Positions 36,838 to 47,844 of a stretch of DNA of 64,000 nt are shown piece by piece (within the stretch, counting starts at the first letter, position 1; the number at the start of each line of letters is the position of its first letter). The stretch covers positions 4,294-68,293 of the forward strand of contig CAZATJ010000003.1 in NCBI GenBank assembly GCA_964488025.1. The letters run 5' to 3'. Source of the DNA: an uncultured Bdellovibrionales bacterium. Lineage in GTDB: Bacteria; Patescibacteriota; Minisyncoccia; Moranbacterales; UBA1568. The position numbers and the translations under genes were made by a program. The notes beneath the pieces are model-generated. The model had not been told where the DNA came from. It did no database searches and worked only from the letters and a program-made list of their open reading frames with translations.

Positions 36838-37959
36838 TTAATGCCCGATAAGAGTACGTACACCGGTAGCGATGGCAGTAGAGGCATCAGGATGGTAGAA
36901 CTGCCTTATTCTCTCCCCCATAGCCGCTCGAAGCTCGGTGTCTCGCATCAACTCGATAATTTTCTGCAAAAGAATATGTTCTCCAAGATTCGGTTCTTCA
37001 AGTACGAGAGCTCCACCGATTTTCGCTATATCGTAGGCATTCATCCGCTGCTCATCATTCGCCGCGCTTGGAAGCGGCACAAGAATGACAGCCTTCTTAG
37101 TGGCTGCCAATTCAGAAATAGAATTGGCACCGGCGCGTGACAAAACTAAGGAAGAAAGCGCTAACACATCCGCCAGCTCGTCGACCGGGAAAAAATCACG
37201 CACCACATATCCGCCTCCCGGAACATCCAGACCATATTCTTTCTGTATGTTAGCGATAGCCTCATAATTCTCGTGACCCGTCTGATGAATCACTTGGATA
37301 CCGGCCTTGATCAGCTCTGGCAAAATATGGAGCAGCGATTCGTTGAGAAAAGTGGCCCCCTGACTTCCTCCCAAAACAGCCAGTATTGGCCTGTCTGACG
37401 TCAGTCCGAAGCGCTCAGCCGCACGTACGGCATCACCTCCTAAAATTTCCTCTCGAACAGGGTTGCCTGTCAACGCCGTTTTGCTTTCCGGAAAGTACTT
37501 CCGGGCGGACGGATAAGCGATGGCAATACGGGTGGCGAAACTGGAAAGAAACCGGTTGGCTCTGCCAGCCACAGCATCGGAATCATGAATCACGATCGGG
37601 ATACGATACAGAAAAGCGGCCAACACTACCGGTACCGAAGCCGAACCGCCTTTGGCAAAAACGGCGTCTGGCATGAAAATAAATAACTTCCACAAGGACT
37701 GGATGAACCCGATAGGCACTTTGAAAGGGTCGATAAAATTCTTCAGGGAAAAGTACCGACGAAACTTCCCTGTGAGGACATACTGAGCATCGATTCCTTC
37801 GGCGGCCATGGCTTCGCTCTCAAAGTGCCCTTTAGATCCGATAAAAAGAAACTCGACTCCTTCAGGAAACTGCTTTCGCAGGGCACGTGCAACAGCAATG
37901 AGAGGGAATGTGTGTCCACCGGAGACACCCCCGGAAAGTACAATACGAGGAATAGACAT
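36838..37959 (-). CDS. murG: Undecaprenyldiphospho-muramoylpentapeptide beta-N-acetylglucosaminyltransferase MurG
   Basis: It reads LSGGVSGGHTFPLIAVARAL and has the GT28 fold. Confidence 0.85.
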   Translation of the reverse strand: MSIPRIVLSGGVSGGHTFPLIAVARALRKQFPEGVEFLFIGSKGHFESEAMAAEGIDAQYVLTGKFRRYFSLKNFIDPFKVPIGFIQSLWKLFIFMPDAVFAKGGSASVPVVLAAFLYRIPIVIHDSDAVAGRANRFLSSFATRIAIAYPSARKYFPESKTALTGNPVREEILGGDAVRAAERFGLTSDRPILAVLGGSQGATFLNESLLHILPELIKAGIQVIHQTGHENYEAIANIQKEYGLDVPGGGYVVRDFFPVDELADVLALSSLVLSRAGANSISELAATKKAVILVPLPSAANDEQRMNAYDIAKIGGALVLEEPNLGEHILLQKIIELMRDTELRAAMGERIRQFYHPDASTAIATGVRTLIGH

Positions 37960-38043
37960 AGTAAGGATAAGGGGTAAGTGATACAGGATAGGAAGAGAAA
38001 AATCTTTACATCTCTTATCAATTATCCAGCATCAGACATTATT

Positions 38044-39189
38044 TTACCCTTTTAGTGTAGAATGTTTGGAAATATTAAGCAATATTCCCATAGCCGCCAA
38101 GAGCACTGCCAGAGAGGTACCCCCATAACTAATGAAAGGAAGCGGGATACCCGTAAGCGGAATGAGCCCGGTGATGGCAGAAATGTTGATGAATGCCTGA
38201 AGTACCACCCATGAAACGATACCGATAGCCAGCAGACGGCCGAACTCATCAGGAGCTCCCAACGCGATACGGACTCCCCTCCATGCCAAAAAGAGAAATA
38301 ATCCGACCACGATTACTGTTCCCATCAAACCGAGTTCTTCTCCTAAAATGGCGAAAACAGAGTCCGTAACCGGCTCTGGAAGATAATTGAATTTCTGGCG
38401 ACTTTGCCCTAAACCGACCCCAAAAATTCCTCCCGAACCGATAGCCAAAAGTGCCTGAGTCATCTGATATCCGAAGCCCAAAGGATCGTGATCCGGATTC
38501 ATAAAGACAAGAAAACGCTGCATGCGGTAGGGAGCTACCTTTATCAAGATAAAGAGAAAAAGAAATCCGCCGGCAAACAACGAAAAAATATGCATGATGT
38601 TAGCACCAGAAGCGAAAAAAATAGCAAGCGAGATGAGAAAAATAAGGCCCAGCGTTCCAGTATCCGGCTGCTTGATAATGAGAAAGCCTACCACCGAAAG
38701 CAGTGCTAAAAACGGAACCAATCCCTCATAAAAATCCGAAGTTTTCTTTTGACCTCTGCCCGAAAGCCACGCCGAAAGATAGAGAATTATAGAGAACTTC
38801 ATCACTTCCGAGGGCTGGAAAGAAAGTGGTCCGAGTTCAACCCAGCGCGCTGCCCCGTAGACCGTCGTCCCGAAACCAGGAATAAACACCAAAATAAGGA
38901 GGATAAGAGCGAGGATAAAAATAGGAACCACGAAACGCTGCCACACCCTGTAGTGAATTCTCTGAAAGATGTACAGAAGAACCAGTCCGACACCAAGCCC
39001 GAGCAACTGCTGTTTCAAAAAATAGTAGTCGTCACCAAAACGCACTCTACCGTAGACTACTCCGGCGGAAGCAATCGTAATCAGTCCGATGCCGAGCAAA
39101 GTCAGTAGAACGAAAAAAAGGGAACGATCAAAGGTGAGTTTCTGTAGTTTCATTTTTCTTTGTTGATGTTTTTTGCCGCCATTTCTCAA
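38044..39189 (-). CDS. ftsW: SEDS-family peptidoglycan glycosyltransferase (FtsW/RodA)
   Basis: It is polytopic and reads FQPSEVMKFSIILYLSAWL. It sits in the murG-murC-murB cluster. The start may be the downstream MKLQKL. Confidence 0.8.
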   Translation of the reverse strand: MRNGGKKHQQRKMKLQKLTFDRSLFFVLLTLLGIGLITIASAGVVYGRVRFGDDYYFLKQQLLGLGVGLVLLYIFQRIHYRVWQRFVVPIFILALILLILVFIPGFGTTVYGAARWVELGPLSFQPSEVMKFSIILYLSAWLSGRGQKKTSDFYEGLVPFLALLSVVGFLIIKQPDTGTLGLIFLISLAIFFASGANIMHIFSLFAGGFLFLFILIKVAPYRMQRFLVFMNPDHDPLGFGYQMTQALLAIGSGGIFGVGLGQSRQKFNYLPEPVTDSVFAILGEELGLMGTVIVVGLFLFLAWRGVRIALGAPDEFGRLLAIGIVSWVVLQAFINISAITGLIPLTGIPLPFISYGGTSLAVLLAAMGILLNISKHSTLKG

Positions 39190-39805
39190 TCTCTCCGTGA
39201 TGTCCAGAGAGAAGTACCTCTGGAACGCTCATTCCCTGCCAAACTTCGGGTTTGGTGTACTGGGGATGCTCGAGCGTGCCTAAAACCGAATGCGATTCCG
39301 TTTCGGCGCTCTCCGGATTACCGAGTACACCGGACACTAACCGTGAAACCGCGTCAACGACAACCATAGCTGGAAGTTCACCTCCCGTCAGAACAAACTC
39401 ACCAATGGAAAGCTCTTCGTCAATCAGGTGAAGGGCGACACGCTCATCAACACCCTCATAACGCCCGCACAACAAAATCAGACGATCATAGCCAGCCAAA
39501 CGTTTCACGTCTTCTTGAGAAAGAATTTTCCCTTTGGCAGAAAAGAGAATGATCCGCGTGCTCACGTTGGGCACCAGCGATTTCACATGCTCAAGCGCTT
39601 CGGTAATCGGCTCGACTTTGAGTACCATTCCAGCTCCACCACCATAGGGCGTGTCATCGACCGTCTTGTGCTTGTCGTGAGCAAAGTCGCGCAACTGGTG
39701 GGTATGAATCGTTATCAGAGCTTTCTCTTGCGCCCGCTTCAGTATGGATACATCAAAATAAGAAGAAAAGCTTTCCGGAAAAAGGGATATGATATCAAAA
39801 CGCAT
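39128..39805 (-). CDS. trmD: tRNA (guanine37-N1)-methyltransferase
   Basis: It starts MRFDIISLFPESF and has DDTPYGGGAGMVLK (the SPOUT knot). Confidence 0.85.
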   Translation of the reverse strand: MRFDIISLFPESFSSYFDVSILKRAQEKALITIHTHQLRDFAHDKHKTVDDTPYGGGAGMVLKVEPITEALEHVKSLVPNVSTRIILFSAKGKILSQEDVKRLAGYDRLILLCGRYEGVDERVALHLIDEELSIGEFVLTGGELPAMVVVDAVSRLVSGVLGNPESAETESHSVLGTLEHPQYTKPEVWQGMSVPEVLLSGHHGEIEKWRQKTSTKKNETTETHL

Positions 39806-39960
39806 ACGGGAAGAATAAAAGATGATGGATAAGCGATAAAAGACGGAATTTTTCTCCATCAATTATCATGTATCACATTTTCATTGTAGCACAGCCTATT
39901 TTTCCTTTACAAAAAAGAAAAGACCACAAGAACGATGTCTCATGGTCAAAAATCATCCGA

Positions 39961-40695
39961 TCACCCTCGGGTTGGGCGTGCCTGCAGCATAGACTTAGCT
40001 GCCAGAGAAGACTCTTGAAGGAGTGAATCTGGATTTTGTCGAAAGCCGACGTACACCCCCAGAAGCGACTCATGATCGGCTTTCGGAACGAGCCCCGCTT
40101 CCCTCCAGGACTGGTAGAACACCACCACCGCGTCGGTGGTTTCTTCAACTTGCCGTTGCCCGTAGAAATGAATTGGGAAGAAAAGCTTGGCCCGCTCTTC
40201 CGCTCCAGTGGTCGATAAGACCACTGAGAGAATCCGGCCACCGGAGACAAGGTGATTCCCCTTGTAGGGCGGCTCAGGACGATCTTCGATGGAACCGACC
40301 AACCGCTTCACGCCAGGGTGGGTAAAAAGTCGGCACTCCTCCAAATCACACCGATATTTCTTCTTATTTTCCGCCGTAACGAAATAGACGATGGCGATCT
40401 CGAGAAACACGAGCCCCCCGAGCATCCAGACCCGCTCCGGCCATTGGAAGATGAAAAAAATCGGCGTAATAAGTACGGTGTTCACTGAAAGGAGCACGGA
40501 TACCCGAAGGATACTTCGGGATGGAGAACTTGCTGCCAGCACCAGTGGCCTGAGAAAATTCTCGCTTCCCCGAAATTCTTCGTGGATATCAGTGATCTCA
40601 AAGCTAGGCAATCCGCTCATGTCCCATGTCCGCCAAAAGAGGAACAGGGTAAAAAGGACGAAAAACAGCAACAGCGCCGTCTCAGTTTCATTCAT
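39961..40695 (-). CDS. Hypothetical polytopic membrane protein
   Basis: It has several hydrophobic helices and no recognised family. Confidence 0.4.
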   Translation of the reverse strand: MNETETALLLFFVLFTLFLFWRTWDMSGLPSFEITDIHEEFRGSENFLRPLVLAASSPSRSILRVSVLLSVNTVLITPIFFIFQWPERVWMLGGLVFLEIAIVYFVTAENKKKYRCDLEECRLFTHPGVKRLVGSIEDRPEPPYKGNHLVSGGRILSVVLSTTGAEERAKLFFPIHFYGQRQVEETTDAVVVFYQSWREAGLVPKADHESLLGVYVGFRQNPDSLLQESSLAAKSMLQARPTRG

Positions 40696-40867
40696 CGATC
40701 TTTCTCCTTGCGCCGGGGCGCATTTGGTCACAATTCAATTGGTAAAGAAAGTTTCACCGCCAAACAAAAAGGCAGTAGTGAAGGGGTATCGAAAACACAT
40801 GCAGGATACCCCTTGGCTACTGCCTCGAAGCGCCGTGGGAGGGACTTCGAAACAGACATCTCTCTTC

Positions 40868-42238
40868 TTACTCGACTTTGCTCAAAATAGTATTCCTGTT
40901 AAGGACAAATTCTTTCTGTTCCTTGGATCCGTCACTTTTGATGATCATCACCGAAACAGGCACATCATTCAGTCCTGGCTGCTTTTCTACTTTCAAATCA
41001 TACCATGTCCGTTCAATATCTTTCGGAAGAGTATAACGCCATGTCACCGTCTTTTCGGTTCCAAGTGGAACATGAACCAGCGCCCCGAAATACCTCTTGT
41101 TCAAAAACTCACCGAAAACCGGTTTAGTCGCGGTGTTCGTCTCTTCCAAAAGAAAACTCCCCTTCGGAACATAGACCCGAAGGAATGTCTGGTAGTCCTT
41201 GGTAAACCAGTCTTTTTGTTTCGCAGTATGTTTATAGGTCACCGCGAGCGTCGCCTCCGGGATTTCTTTTGAAAGATCGACCGTATAAGCATAGGAACGC
41301 CTCATGAAATAATCGCTTTTAAAAGAGTTCAGATTGGCATCGACTAGGAGCAGATAGTCATCCTTCCAGTCGCCGTCAAGCCGCCCATCCCAACCAGAGG
41401 CAACCACATCAGCCTGTAAAGATTCATTCTTGAACAGAAGCTGCACATCCTTCCTGTGAAGGTCATCAAGGACGACTTTAAAGAGCTCATACTTCTTGGG
41501 GATGGAAAGCGTTTTGACTCGCTGTAAAATTTCCAATCCGAGAATACCCATGACCGACTTACGTTCACCGAATTCGATATTCTGTTTCAGATAGCCCTGC
41601 TCGACCTGGTATTCCAAATCGAGAATGGCATTGTCCTCGCCATAGGTTCCTGGATATCCTTCCAGTTCCACCGGCCCAGTTATCCGTAAAAATGAAGTGA
41701 GTACATTGGTCGTGATAGCAACAATGCCATCAAATTTTTCCTCTCCCTTTCCCATGTGATAGAACTCCTCGGCCCACTTGGCGTTTTCTGAAAAATCCGG
41801 GGAATAGTTGGAATCCCGCAATTTCCAGGAAGGGATATTGAGCGTTTCTTTCATCGGGTACGGCGGAGCGATAGTATCAGGAATGCGCCCATCAAAATTA
41901 CCGGTATCATGAACGGCAAAATGAGTAATGCTCCCGTCTCGGATTTTCAGGATCCCGAATGACCCAATAAATCCCCCTCCGGGTCGCAATTCCAGATTAT
42001 TCTGAAAGAGAATGAGGAATATTTTTTCCTGACCGTCGGTATCAAGAAGCGAATCAGCCAGAGAAATAACCGTGCCGAGATCGGTCTTCATTTCCTGTTT
42101 CACCGGCAACAATCCAAGAAGACGCTTGAGGCTCTCCAGGCCATTGGTCCGCACTTCCCAAAAAACAAACCAACCAGTAAGAAAAACAACGGATACTGTG
42201 ATGAAGGCGAACCAAAATTTCTTCGATAGCTGTTTCAT
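40868..42238 (-). CDS. DUF4012 domain protein (membrane-anchored)
   Basis: It has an N-terminal TM segment and LELRPGGGFIGSFG, the hallmark RPGGGF motif of DUF4012. Confidence 0.65.
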   Translation of the reverse strand: MKQLSKKFWFAFITVSVVFLTGWFVFWEVRTNGLESLKRLLGLLPVKQEMKTDLGTVISLADSLLDTDGQEKIFLILFQNNLELRPGGGFIGSFGILKIRDGSITHFAVHDTGNFDGRIPDTIAPPYPMKETLNIPSWKLRDSNYSPDFSENAKWAEEFYHMGKGEEKFDGIVAITTNVLTSFLRITGPVELEGYPGTYGEDNAILDLEYQVEQGYLKQNIEFGERKSVMGILGLEILQRVKTLSIPKKYELFKVVLDDLHRKDVQLLFKNESLQADVVASGWDGRLDGDWKDDYLLLVDANLNSFKSDYFMRRSYAYTVDLSKEIPEATLAVTYKHTAKQKDWFTKDYQTFLRVYVPKGSFLLEETNTATKPVFGEFLNKRYFGALVHVPLGTEKTVTWRYTLPKDIERTWYDLKVEKQPGLNDVPVSVMIIKSDGSKEQKEFVLNRNTILSKVE

Positions 42239-42301
42239 GATGATTGCAAAATGGATTATTACCAAACGAAGCGAGGCGAGTAAAATCAGGTTAAGTGCCC
42301 G

Positions 42302-43342
42302 TTATTTTCCCCCGGACAAAAGCTCATTCAGGCGCCGTTTGTATTCTTCGATAGTTGGTTCACCGGACTTGATTGATGCAGGCGGTACCGACGGTTCCGC
42401 TGCCACCGATTCCAGCAAAGGAGGAGCAATTTGTACTTCCTCAAATTCGAAGGGAAGGTTTTCCACGTCCATGCCAGGAAGCATCTTCTCGCTCTGTGAC
42501 GAAGCGACCGGAAGGTTCACCGGTGCCTGGGCCTTGGTAATCGGCGCGAGAATTTCCTCCCGGATCTGCTGTTCCTCATGCGATGATTCGAAAGACAACG
42601 CTTTCGGACGGGTGGGCACAAATTTCCCCGGGTCGATGTACGGAACGGCAGCACCGACAGCAAAATCCTGGTACGGTTTTCCTGTCATTTCGGTTTCTGA
42701 GGAGGCAATCCTCAGTGGAACGGCACGAAGCTGTTTTTTCCGAAAGAAAAAAGGCGTCACCGAAAGAAACAAGAAAAAAAGAACAGTCGCTCCGAAGGCG
42801 CTTCCGAGACTCGTGGCAGCATACCAGAGAGGCTGAGAAAGGGCCGGCTTGATGATGGTCTCATCCACGACGCGAAGATCGATATCGGTTTTTATATTAT
42901 AGTAGAATCCCGCCACAGAAAAAAGCGTCTTCACGGTCGCCTCAGCCAGACGTTTCGATTTTTCTTTGGTATCTTGTCGTGCCACCACGATAAGTACGCC
43001 GCTCTTCTCACTCCGCTTTACCGTCACAACCTCATTCCAGAGCGCCTTGCGCTTATCCTGTGAATAACCCTCGAAATCATCATCAATCAGATCATTTTCC
43101 GAAAGCATCCGCTCATAGAATGAAAGATTGCTCGTCAATTCTGCAAAATTTTCCACAACCTGATCCGTAGCCGCACTCTGAGATTTTGCGATTGTCAGCA
43201 CCCGCACTTCCGCTTCATAAATACGAAAACTATCAAGCCAAAATAAAAAAGATGCCAAAGTCACAAAAAAAAGCGTCACAAAAAAAGAGCGCCGCCAGGC
43301 CGCATAAGGAGACAGGAGATTATTTACTCCGCGAAGACGCAT
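42302..43342 (-). CDS. Wzz/CapA-like polysaccharide chain-length determinant family protein
   Basis: It has two TM helices flanking a soluble domain of about 150 aa, and a C-terminal Pro/Glu-rich tail. The start choice is uncertain; the ORF track extends to 43426. Confidence 0.5.
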   Translation of the reverse strand: MRLRGVNNLLSPYAAWRRSFFVTLFFVTLASFLFWLDSFRIYEAEVRVLTIAKSQSAATDQVVENFAELTSNLSFYERMLSENDLIDDDFEGYSQDKRKALWNEVVTVKRSEKSGVLIVVARQDTKEKSKRLAEATVKTLFSVAGFYYNIKTDIDLRVVDETIIKPALSQPLWYAATSLGSAFGATVLFFLFLSVTPFFFRKKQLRAVPLRIASSETEMTGKPYQDFAVGAAVPYIDPGKFVPTRPKALSFESSHEEQQIREEILAPITKAQAPVNLPVASSQSEKMLPGMDVENLPFEFEEVQIAPPLLESVAAEPSVPPASIKSGEPTIEEYKRRLNELLSGGK

Positions 43343-44483
43343 AGTGTTCTTTATAATTGTGTTCCATGGCATCCCGATAAACATCGAGTGTTTTCTTGGC
43401 AACTGCGTCCCAGCCGTAGTGTTCACTCACACGCTCCTGTGCCACCTTGCCAAGCGCTGCCACTTCGTCGCCACGATTGATAAAATAAGCCAGCTCTTTC
43501 TTCAAACCATCAACATCCTTTACCGGAAAATAGGCACCCGTGTTGCTTACCGCTTCCCGATGCGGTTCGATGTCACTCACGAGCGGCATGAGTCCGTGTC
43601 CCATAGCCTCAAGAAGCGCCAGTGACAACCCTTCGTTTTCCGAGGGCTGTACATAAAGATAGGCGTGCGAATAGAGGGTTTCCATAGCCTTTCCTATCTG
43701 TTCCCCAACCAGAAGAATATTGGGGCGGCCTTCGGCCAAGTGCCTCAAGAATTTTTCATACTCCTCAGTATTGGCATGGGTACCTACGATTACCAGCTTG
43801 AAATTATTGGGAATCCTGTTGGTATCCTCGAGATCCCTAAATGCCTTAATAAGATAGTGCGTCCCTTTGTGCGGAACCAGACGATGCACAGCCAAAAGAT
43901 AGCGCTTCGAACGAAGACCAAATTGATTGAGCGCTGCCGTATCTTCCTCAAAGGCCACTTCGGCACCGCTCGGAATAAACGTGACATCGCGCCCATACGC
44001 CTCTTTAACGTAATCGACCAGCGTCTCGCTTGAGACAATCGTCCGTTCCGGAACACGACAGGTGATGTACTCGGCCACATGGAGAAAAGCTCTCGCCAGT
44101 ACTCCCCACTTCTGGTGAAAGTAGTCACGACTATGAAAGGTCGCTATGACATGTGCTTTCGGTTTGAGAAGGCGCGGAATGACTGAGAGTAGGCTCGGGC
44201 CGATCGACTGGAAATGAATGATGTCGTATGAAACGAAAAGAGCGTGCACCGTCGCGGACAGCGTGTGCGTGATGGCATCGAGATGTTTGGTATTGATGCT
44301 CGGAACATGCACGAGCTTGACACCGTCAAATTCATGGAGAGTCGCGCTCGTATAGTGTGAACGGACATACACGGTCACGTCGTGTCCCTGAGCCGCCAGC
44401 CGAGTCGCCAGTTTTTCGACGTGCTTCTCAACGCCACCAGAAACAGCAGGAATGCCTTTTTGTCCGATGAAAGCAATTCTCAT
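43320..44483 (-). CDS. Glycosyltransferase family 4
   Basis: The N-terminus reads MRIAFIGQKGIP..GGVEKHV, and an EX7E motif is present (EGLSLALLEAMGHG). Confidence 0.8.
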   Translation of the reverse strand: MRIAFIGQKGIPAVSGGVEKHVEKLATRLAAQGHDVTVYVRSHYTSATLHEFDGVKLVHVPSINTKHLDAITHTLSATVHALFVSYDIIHFQSIGPSLLSVIPRLLKPKAHVIATFHSRDYFHQKWGVLARAFLHVAEYITCRVPERTIVSSETLVDYVKEAYGRDVTFIPSGAEVAFEEDTAALNQFGLRSKRYLLAVHRLVPHKGTHYLIKAFRDLEDTNRIPNNFKLVIVGTHANTEEYEKFLRHLAEGRPNILLVGEQIGKAMETLYSHAYLYVQPSENEGLSLALLEAMGHGLMPLVSDIEPHREAVSNTGAYFPVKDVDGLKKELAYFINRGDEVAALGKVAQERVSEHYGWDAVAKKTLDVYRDAMEHNYKEHYASSRSK

Positions 44484-44525
44484 AACTGCGTATGATTAAG
44501 GCTCAAGAAAGATCCGCCTCTCTAT

Positions 44526-45482
44526 TTAGAAACCACGCAGTATAGGGGAGGTGCCAGCAATGCTGTTTCCTTCGATACGGTTATCATTCACTCCGGTCCC
44601 CAGGATAATTCCGCCAAAAGATTTCTGTCCGGCGACGGTACGAGCCACACGGGCGATACCATACCGGCCGTTGCCAATAAGATCAGCCTTTTTCAAGCCG
44701 AAATTTCCAGCAATGCCGTAGGCATTCACTTCGACGCCTTCGCGTTTGTTGTTTCGTATACTATTCGATTTGGTCCAGACGGAAGCCTGATCCAAAATGA
44801 CTTTCATCCCGCTTCCGGTATTATCGTTGATGCGATTCCCCTCAAGCCATGCTTCCATGCCGGCCGCAAAATCGATACCGTCGCTCCTGTTATGATGAAT
44901 ATTACTGTTGATGATAACGATATCGCGCTTTTCGGAAAAAATACCTGAACGCGCACTTTTCGAAATCTCGACGTCGTCGATCAGCGCCCGATGCTTCTTA
45001 TCACGTGGTGCGGAATCGATATGGATACCATCGCGACCGCTCTCTTTGATTTTCACTTTGTAAATTTTTGCCTTGGCATTTTCGAGAATGCGCACGCCGT
45101 GACGTCCGCCCTGAATCGTGAGAAAATTCAGCTCCGTCTGATGCTTCATGGTGACAGTGGGCTGATCCTCATTATCTGCCTTGATGACGACATCGCCCAT
45201 ATCTTTTTTCTTTCCAAAAAGCTTCACGCCTTTCGGCAGAGTGATATTCTCCTTGTAAGTACCCTTACTAATATGGACATCAGTACCCTCTTTGGCATTT
45301 TTCAAAGCCTTGGAAATACTGTGATAGGGATGATTCGTGGTTCCCTCTTCGGAACCGTGAGCATTTTTGTCAACATAAATCTGCTTACTGCCACCAAAAA
45401 CAATCACCGGTACCGCAATCAGTACAGCGAATGAAAAACCGAGAATTACCTCTTTAGAGAGCCAAAAATTTCGAGATGACAT
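44526..45482 (-). CDS. Right-handed parallel beta-helix repeat protein (DUF1565/pectate-lyase-like), membrane-anchored or secreted
   Basis: It has an N-terminal TM/signal segment, an N-cap that reads YVDKNAHGSEEGTTNHPYHSISKAL..A..GTDVHISKGTY, and repeated G/N-rich beta-helix rungs. Confidence 0.6.
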   Translation of the reverse strand: MSSRNFWLSKEVILGFSFAVLIAVPVIVFGGSKQIYVDKNAHGSEEGTTNHPYHSISKALKNAKEGTDVHISKGTYKENITLPKGVKLFGKKKDMGDVVIKADNEDQPTVTMKHQTELNFLTIQGGRHGVRILENAKAKIYKVKIKESGRDGIHIDSAPRDKKHRALIDDVEISKSARSGIFSEKRDIVIINSNIHHNRSDGIDFAAGMEAWLEGNRINDNTGSGMKVILDQASVWTKSNSIRNNKREGVEVNAYGIAGNFGLKKADLIGNGRYGIARVARTVAGQKSFGGIILGTGVNDNRIEGNSIAGTSPILRGF

Positions 45483-45556
45483 GCCTGGTAAAAGATGAAT
45501 TTTTAGACCTTTTATCCTAGCAAACTTTGTGATCTTTGTCAAGAGGTCAATTTTCC

Positions 45557-45585
45557 GCTAGAATAGAGTTGTTCAAGCCTTTTTT
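45557..45585 (+). promoter_or_regulatory. Sigma70-like promoter upstream of the acetyl-CoA synthetase gene
   Basis: TTGTCA, a 17-nt spacer and TAGAAT, in a divergent intergenic region. Confidence 0.4.
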
Positions 45586-45649
45586 ACAGGATTTTCTGGA
45601 AAAAATTTTTCGTTTTTCCGTCCAGGAAAGATTCACTCCTGACTGAGGC

Positions 45650-47785
45650 TTGATTAAAACCAATATATTCTACAAATTTATGCACCTTGAGTCTCTTTTT
45701 TCTCCTCATTCCATTGCTGTCATCGGAGCCTCGACCAAGCCCGGAAGTGTCGGTAATAGTCTCACGGAAAATCTCCTCTCCTACGGATACGCAGGAAAAA
45801 TATATCCCGTCAACCCGAAAACCGAAACTCTCTTCAACCTCCGTTGCTACAAAAACATCGGCGACATCAAAGATGAGGTTGACCTCGCCATCATCATCAT
45901 TCCCGCCCTTGCTGTACCAGAGGCCCTGCGCGATGCTGGAAAAAAAGGCGTGCGAGCCGCTATCATTATCTCTTCTGGATTTAAGGAAACCGGCGAAACT
46001 GGAAAAAAACTTGAAAATGAAATCACTGATATAGCCAAACATTTTGACATCGCCCTTCTCGGTCCCAACTGTCTCGGATTCCTTCATCCAAAAATCGGAC
46101 TCAACGCCTCCTTTGCCAAGGGTATGCCCGAACCGGGAAATATCGCTTTCTTCTCGCAAAGCGGCGCGCTCTGTACCGCGCTCCTCGATCTCACCGCCGG
46201 AAATCTCGGCTTCTCGTCTTTCGTGAGCGATGGAAACAAGAGTGTCTTGGGAGAAAATGAGCTACTTCGTCACTTCGCTTCCGACAAGGAGACGGCTGTC
46301 ATCGGTTTTTATACCGAAGGTATAAGCGACGCCGAAAAAATAATCGAGACCGGAAAAGCTATTCTCTCGCGACCCGAACCAAAACCGGTGATCGCTCTCA
46401 AATCAGGTACGACTGTGGCCGGCACCCAGGCATCGAGTTCCCATACCGGAGCGCTCGCCGGAAGTGATGCTGCTTATCAGGCGCTTTTCAAACAGGCTCG
46501 CATCATTCGAGCGCATGATTTGGAAGCCCTTTCCGACCTACTCTCTGTTTTCTCTCAAAATCCCCTCCCGCAAGGAAAAAATATCGGTATCGTCACCAAT
46601 GCCGGTGGCTTGGGAGTGCTCGCCACCGATGCTGCCGTACGGCACGGCCTGAACATCGCCGAACTTTCCCCAGAAACCAAGGAAAAGCTCCAGAGTCTGC
46701 CGGCAGCGGCTGGACATAACAACCCAGTCGATGTCTTGGGTGACGCCCTTGCTGACCGCTACCACTTGGCCATCGAAGCCCTCGCCACCGATCGCAAAGT
46801 TGACATGCTCCTCGTCATTGTCACTCCGCAAACCATGACTGAGGCCAAAAAAACAGCGGAAGTCATTGCCGATGCCAAGAACCACTCTGGTAAACCGGTC
46901 GTGGCCGTTTTTTCCGGCAAAGCCGCTTTTGAGGAGGGATTTTCGGTACTGAAAAAAAACCAGGTCGCTACCCTCGCTTACCCAGAAGCAGGCGCTAAAG
47001 CCTTATCTGCGCTGGCAAAAGTGGCAAACTGGCGAGCAAATCAATTGGCCACCCCTTTTATTTTTGATGACATCAATCAGGAAGATGCTAAAAAAATCAT
47101 CGAGAAAGTGAAAAAAGAGAAACGAATCACCCTGTATGAAACGGAGGTCTGGGACATTCTTTCGGCCTACGGTTTCCGGTTTTTAAACAGTCTCACAGCA
47201 TCAAGTAAAGAAGAAGCTGCTGAAAAGGCAAAGTTTTTTACCGGTCCCATGGCTCTCAAAATCATCTCACCCGATATCACTCACAAATCCGATGCCGGCG
47301 GAGTGCTCTTAAACGTGCTCCCTAGAGAAGCTAGTGAAAAATACACCGAGCTATTGAAACGTGTTCATGAAAAAGTGCCCTCAGCGCGCTTGGAAGGAGC
47401 GCTGATGGTAGAGATGGCACCTCAGGGTGGTCGAGAAATCATCCTCGGTATGAAGCATGAACCAGGATTAGGCAGGCTCATCATGGCCGGCTTAGGTGGC
47501 ATCTTTGTGGAAACCTTCAAGGACGTTTCCTTCCGTTTCTGTCCCCTGACCGAAGAAGATGCGGAGGAGATGATTGGGGAACTAAAAAGTCTTCCGCTCC
47601 TAGCAGGGACGCGCGGTCAAGATGGTATCGACCTCGATGCCCTCGTGGCCACTATCGGCCGACTCTCACTGGTTATTCGTGACTTTCCAGAAATCGAGGA
47701 ACTCGATATCAATCCGCTTCTCTGTTTCAAAAATGGTCCCTCTTTTCGCGTTCTCGATGCCCGAATCAGCCTGAAAAAAGAATAG
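45650..47785 (+). CDS. ADP-forming acetyl-CoA synthetase (fused alpha/beta; acetate--CoA ligase [ADP-forming])
   Basis: It has the CoA-binding N-terminus IAVIGASTKPGSVG, a succinyl-CoA-synthetase-like flavodoxin domain and an ATP-grasp C-domain. The start is possibly at 45680 (MHLESLF). Confidence 0.8.
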   Translation: MIKTNIFYKFMHLESLFSPHSIAVIGASTKPGSVGNSLTENLLSYGYAGKIYPVNPKTETLFNLRCYKNIGDIKDEVDLAIIIIPALAVPEALRDAGKKGVRAAIIISSGFKETGETGKKLENEITDIAKHFDIALLGPNCLGFLHPKIGLNASFAKGMPEPGNIAFFSQSGALCTALLDLTAGNLGFSSFVSDGNKSVLGENELLRHFASDKETAVIGFYTEGISDAEKIIETGKAILSRPEPKPVIALKSGTTVAGTQASSSHTGALAGSDAAYQALFKQARIIRAHDLEALSDLLSVFSQNPLPQGKNIGIVTNAGGLGVLATDAAVRHGLNIAELSPETKEKLQSLPAAAGHNNPVDVLGDALADRYHLAIEALATDRKVDMLLVIVTPQTMTEAKKTAEVIADAKNHSGKPVVAVFSGKAAFEEGFSVLKKNQVATLAYPEAGAKALSALAKVANWRANQLATPFIFDDINQEDAKKIIEKVKKEKRITLYETEVWDILSAYGFRFLNSLTASSKEEAAEKAKFFTGPMALKIISPDITHKSDAGGVLLNVLPREASEKYTELLKRVHEKVPSARLEGALMVEMAPQGGREIILGMKHEPGLGRLIMAGLGGIFVETFKDVSFRFCPLTEEDAEEMIGELKSLPLLAGTRGQDGIDLDALVATIGRLSLVIRDFPEIEELDINPLLCFKNGPSFRVLDARISLKKE

Positions 47786-47844
47786 GAGAATTAAAAAAAA
47801 CAGCCGACCGAAGTTTCGGTGGCTGGCAGTGAGATGGTCTTCGG